DNA from: a bacterium HR24
Lineage (GTDB): Bacteria; Chloroflexota; Dehalococcoidia; SM23-28-2; HRBIN24
NCBI GenBank assembly: GCA_002898715.1
Contig: BEIA01000002.1
Coordinates: 1 to 54,853, forward strand
DNA: 54,853 nucleotides
Direction of reading: 5' to 3'
Below, piece by piece: positions 52,781 through 54,853 of the stretch. Made by a program: the position numbers and the translations under genes. The notes beneath the pieces are model-generated. The model ran no database searches and was not told the DNA's origin. It saw only the letters and a list, made by a program, of their open reading frames with translations. The number at the start of each line of letters is the position of its first letter. Positions within the stretch are counted from its first letter, which is position 1.

Positions 52781-53116
52781 CTACTTCTCCACCGGCAGCC
52801 CGGCCTTGATCCAGGCGTCGGTGCCGCCCTCCAGGTTGTAGAGGCGGGTGAGGCCGGCGGCGGCGGCCATCTCGCAGGCCAGGGCGCTACGCTGGCCCAC
52901 AGCGCAGACGAAGATGATGTCCTTGTCCCTGGGCAGTTCCTGGTGGCGGGCGAACACGGAGCTCACCGGGATGAGCCTGGCGCCGGGGACGTGGCCTGCC
53001 TGGTACTCATGGGGCTCCCGCACGTCGATGACCACCACGTCGTCGCGGGCCAGCATCTCCCGCGCCTCCTCGACGGTTATGCGGGTGAAGGGCTCCTGCG
53101 GGTGCTTTACGGCCAT
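52781..53116 (-). CDS. single-domain rhodanese (sulfurtransferase)
   Basis: Start moved to MAVKHPQEPF. The active-site loop is FVCAVGQRS. The rest of track ORF 52781..53929 is antisense to the DinB gene. Confidence 0.85.
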   Translation of the reverse strand: MAVKHPQEPFTRITVEEAREMLARDDVVVIDVREPHEYQAGHVPGARLIPVSSVFARHQELPRDKDIIFVCAVGQRSALACEMAAAAGLTRLYNLEGGTDAWIKAGLPVEK

Positions 53117-53236
53117 GACGCTCCCCTCCGCACTCGGTGCCACCCTATATTCTACAAACCCGACCGGACTATGGGAATTGCCGCCTCTGCTCGCCCGGGC
53201 TATCATGGCACCAGTCCCGGGGCCAGGAGGTGCGCC

Positions 53237-53770
53237 ATGGCGGACGAGGCCGCCATCCGAGACCTGTTCGAGAAGATGGAGTACGAACGGGGCCGGTTGC
53301 TGGCGCTCCTGGAATCGCTGTCCGAAGAGGAGGCGAGCAGGCCGGCCAAGCCGGGCGAGTGGACGCCCAAGGAGCAGATGGCCCACCTGTGCGAGATGGA
53401 GGCCGCCTATCGCGCCTGGGTGGAGAGGGCCATCGCCGAGGAAAACCCCACCGTAGACGGCATCCGCGGCGAGCCCGTGGCCGTGCCCCTGGAGCGGGCC
53501 AACCAGGCGAGCAAGGACGAGTTGCTGGCCGAGATGCGCCGCCAGCGGGAGAAGACCCTGGCCCTCATGCGACGTCTCCGCCCCGAGGACTACGACCGCA
53601 CTGCTACCAGCTCCGTGTTCGGTACACTGACGGTCCTGCAATGGCTCCGTTCCTACTACCGGCACGACCGCATGCACTACGACCAGGTGCAGGGGCAGGA
53701 GCCCACCTATCGGCCCCGCTACCTCAGCGGCCAGGAGCCAGACCAGCGTCGCCGCCCCCAGAGCGCCTGA
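53237..53770 (+). CDS. DinB-family (DinB_2-like) four-helix-bundle metalloprotein
   Basis: Start set at the ATG, with GGAGG 7 nt upstream. It reads GEWTPKEQMAHLCEME...LQWLRSYYRHDRMHYDQV (His triad-type pattern). A TTGCCG-17-TATCAT promoter lies upstream. Confidence 0.75.
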   Translation: MADEAAIRDLFEKMEYERGRLLALLESLSEEEASRPAKPGEWTPKEQMAHLCEMEAAYRAWVERAIAEENPTVDGIRGEPVAVPLERANQASKDELLAEMRRQREKTLALMRRLRPEDYDRTATSSVFGTLTVLQWLRSYYRHDRMHYDQVQGQEPTYRPRYLSGQEPDQRRRPQSA

Positions 53771-53787
53771 GCCCCCTCCCCGGGGCG

Positions 53788-53818
53788 TTGACCTTGCCGC
53801 GGCTGGAAGGTGTACCGT
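53788..53818 (+). promoter_or_regulatory. MerR-family-type promoter/operator: TTGACC-19 bp-TACCGT with dyad ACCTT-N11-AAGGT in the spacer
   Basis: The sequence reads TTGACCTTGCCGCGGCTGGAAGGTGTACCGT. The overlong 19-bp spacer and the dyad overlapping the -35 are hallmarks of MerR-activated promoters. The half-sites resemble the CueR box ACCTTCC...GGAAGGT as I recall it. Confidence 0.65.
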
Positions 53819-53867
53819 CGCCGGTGGGGCCAGCCCCGCCAGTCCAAACCGGGAGGAGGTGCGGAGT

Positions 53868-54083
53868 ATGGAGCCCATCGTCCGATACAGCCTGTGTCCG
53901 GACTGCGACGCCTGCCCGGAGGTGGCCATTTACCCCGACCGGGTCCTCATCGGCGAGGAAGGCAACCAGGTTCGACTCACGCCCGCAGAGTGGGAGCGGC
54001 TGGTGACGGCTGTACGCGGTGGCGAACTGGGGCCCGCCGTTGCCGACCCGTGCTGCCCCGACTGCCCGCCCGATTGCTGCTAG
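53868..54083 (+). CDS. Cys-rich small protein with a DUF397-like core
   Basis: 71 aa from the ATG preceded by GGGAGGAGG. Its termini are N-terminal CPDCDAC and C-terminal CCPDCPPDCC. The core CPEVAIYPDRVLIGEEGNQVRLTPAEWERLVTAVRGGELG parallels the DUF397 pattern CVEVA...vRDS....L.ftpaEW.aF...vk.GeF. Confidence 0.6.
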   Translation: MEPIVRYSLCPDCDACPEVAIYPDRVLIGEEGNQVRLTPAEWERLVTAVRGGELGPAVADPCCPDCPPDCC

Positions 54084-54136
54084 GACTCTAGGCGCTCAAA
54101 CTCGAAGGTGGGGCTGGCCCCTGGAGGGAAAATGCC

Positions 54137-54532
54137 ATGGGACCGATGGTCATCGGCGACCTGGCCCGGCGGGCCGGAGTGAGCACACGCACCGTCCGCT
54201 TTTACGAGGCGCTGGGGCTGCTCCCCTCGCCGCCGAGGAGCGAAGGCGGGTACCGCCTGTACAGCGAGGAAGACCTGCGCCGCCTGCGTTTCGTGCGCCG
54301 GGCACGGGAGCTGGGCCTCTCCCTGCGGGAGATACGTGACCTGCTCCACCAGGGTTGTCGCTGCGACGACGCCCGCGGGCTGCTGGAGCGGCGCCTGCGC
54401 CGGGTGGAGGAGGAGATACGGGCCCTCGAGGCGCTGCGGGAGCGCCTGCGTCGGTTGCTGGACGAGTGGGAAAGCGTCCAGAGAGAAGACGAGTGCCCCT
54501 GCTACTGCCCCCGCCTGGAGCGGGGCGCCTAG
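54137..54532 (+). CDS. MerR-family metal-responsive transcriptional regulator
   Basis: 131 aa. The HTH reads IGDLARRAGVSTRTVRFYEALGLL...GYRLYSEEDLRRLRFVRRARELGLSLREI. Cys residues sit at the start of the dimerisation helix (GCRCDD) and in the C-terminal loop (ECPCYCP). Confidence 0.9.
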   Translation: MGPMVIGDLARRAGVSTRTVRFYEALGLLPSPPRSEGGYRLYSEEDLRRLRFVRRARELGLSLREIRDLLHQGCRCDDARGLLERRLRRVEEEIRALEALRERLRRLLDEWESVQREDECPCYCPRLERGA

Positions 54533-54853
54533 GCCCGCAGTCCGGCCAGGGCCGCCCGCAGACGGGCGATGTTGTCGGCCACTGGTGCCCGGTCGTTGAA
54601 CACGGCCGAGGCGGCCACCAGTGCCGTCGCCCCGGCCGCCACGCAGCGGGACGCGTTCTCCGGGGTCACGCCGCCATCTATCTCGATCTCCACGTCCAGC
54701 CCCAGGTCGTCCAGCAGGCGGCGCAGGCGCTGCACCTTCCCCAGCACCGCTTCGATGAAGGTCTGGCCGGCGTAGCCGGGATCGACGCTCATCACCATCA
54801 CCTGGTCGACGGCCGGCAGGACCTCCTCGATGGCGCTCAGCGGCGTGGCCGGG
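54529..54853 (-). CDS. rpe: ribulose-phosphate 3-epimerase; N-terminal part lies beyond the window edge
   Basis: Minus-strand translation to the window edge gives PATPLSAIEEVLPAVDQVMVMSVDPGYAGQTFIE...EIEIDGGV. Confidence 0.85.
   Translation of the reverse strand, partial: PATPLSAIEEVLPAVDQVMVMSVDPGYAGQTFIEAVLGKVQRLRRLLDDLGLDVEIEIDGGVTPENASRCVAAGATALVAASAVFNDRAPVADNIARLRAALAGLRA

Noticed and set aside
1-54853. A whole-window scan for CRISPR arrays, IS elements or transposases, integrases, prophage genes, rRNA, toxin-antitoxin pairs and known defence-system genes.
   Set aside because: I recognised none on either strand. The accessory-looking content is limited to the glycan locus and the small regulatory or stress modules described in the findings.

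Overview
The window is a very GC-rich chromosomal segment (GC judged by eye, not computed). It is densely packed with housekeeping and cell-envelope genes. I found no rRNA, CRISPR array, transposase, integrase or recognisable phage or defence gene.

I support about 59 protein genes, one tRNA-Pro(CGG) and one T-box riboswitch. T-box control, a DnaD/DnaI-type helicase-loading module, many SD-less -10-proximal starts and the gene content suggest a monoderm lineage such as Chloroflexota/Thermomicrobia. That placement is inference only.

Main blocks:
- 1-1888: tsaB-tsaE-thiL.
- 5419-7926: gyrA.
- 8754-11390: ABC-2 exporter plus a TPR protein.
- 11604-25389: a large surface-glycan locus. It holds a TagA-like enzyme, GT1, a Wzy/O-antigen-ligase-like protein, the initiating phosphoglycosyl transferase, GT2, a three-part GT4, a beta-propeller lipoprotein, a lytic-transglycosylase/FG-GAP propeller protein and a Wzm/Wzt exporter.
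- 25858-38641: a 13-kb ilvD-ilvBN-ilvC-leuA-leuCD-leuB-cimA operon behind a Leu T-box.
- 39085-40302: moaDE and a NUDIX hydrolase.
- 40299-44245: rplI-dnaB-dnaD-like-dnaC-like.
- 44402-45494: Ni-SOD with its maturation protease.
- 45577-48850: an orphan NuoI/NuoG-like pair.
- 49080-50286: protoglobin plus a Cys-tailed MarR.
- 50305-52076: DUF2007 / Lon-N / orphan secretion-type ATPase.
- 52781-54532: rhodanese, DinB, a Cys-rich small protein and a MerR regulator.

Most interesting, all needing database or experimental confirmation:
1. A helicase-loader gene encoding two tandem DnaC/DnaI AAA+ modules.
2. A CueR/MerR-type 19-bp-spacer promoter driving a Cys-rich DUF397-like mini-protein ahead of a MerR regulator.
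3. A Leu T-box with two consecutive antiterminator/terminator modules behind a single Stem I.
4. A protoglobin translationally coupled to a MarR with a 4-Cys C-terminal tail.

Gene ends follow the supplied ORF track. Starts that I moved, and all RNA or regulatory coordinates, were derived by hand and may be off by a nucleotide or two.
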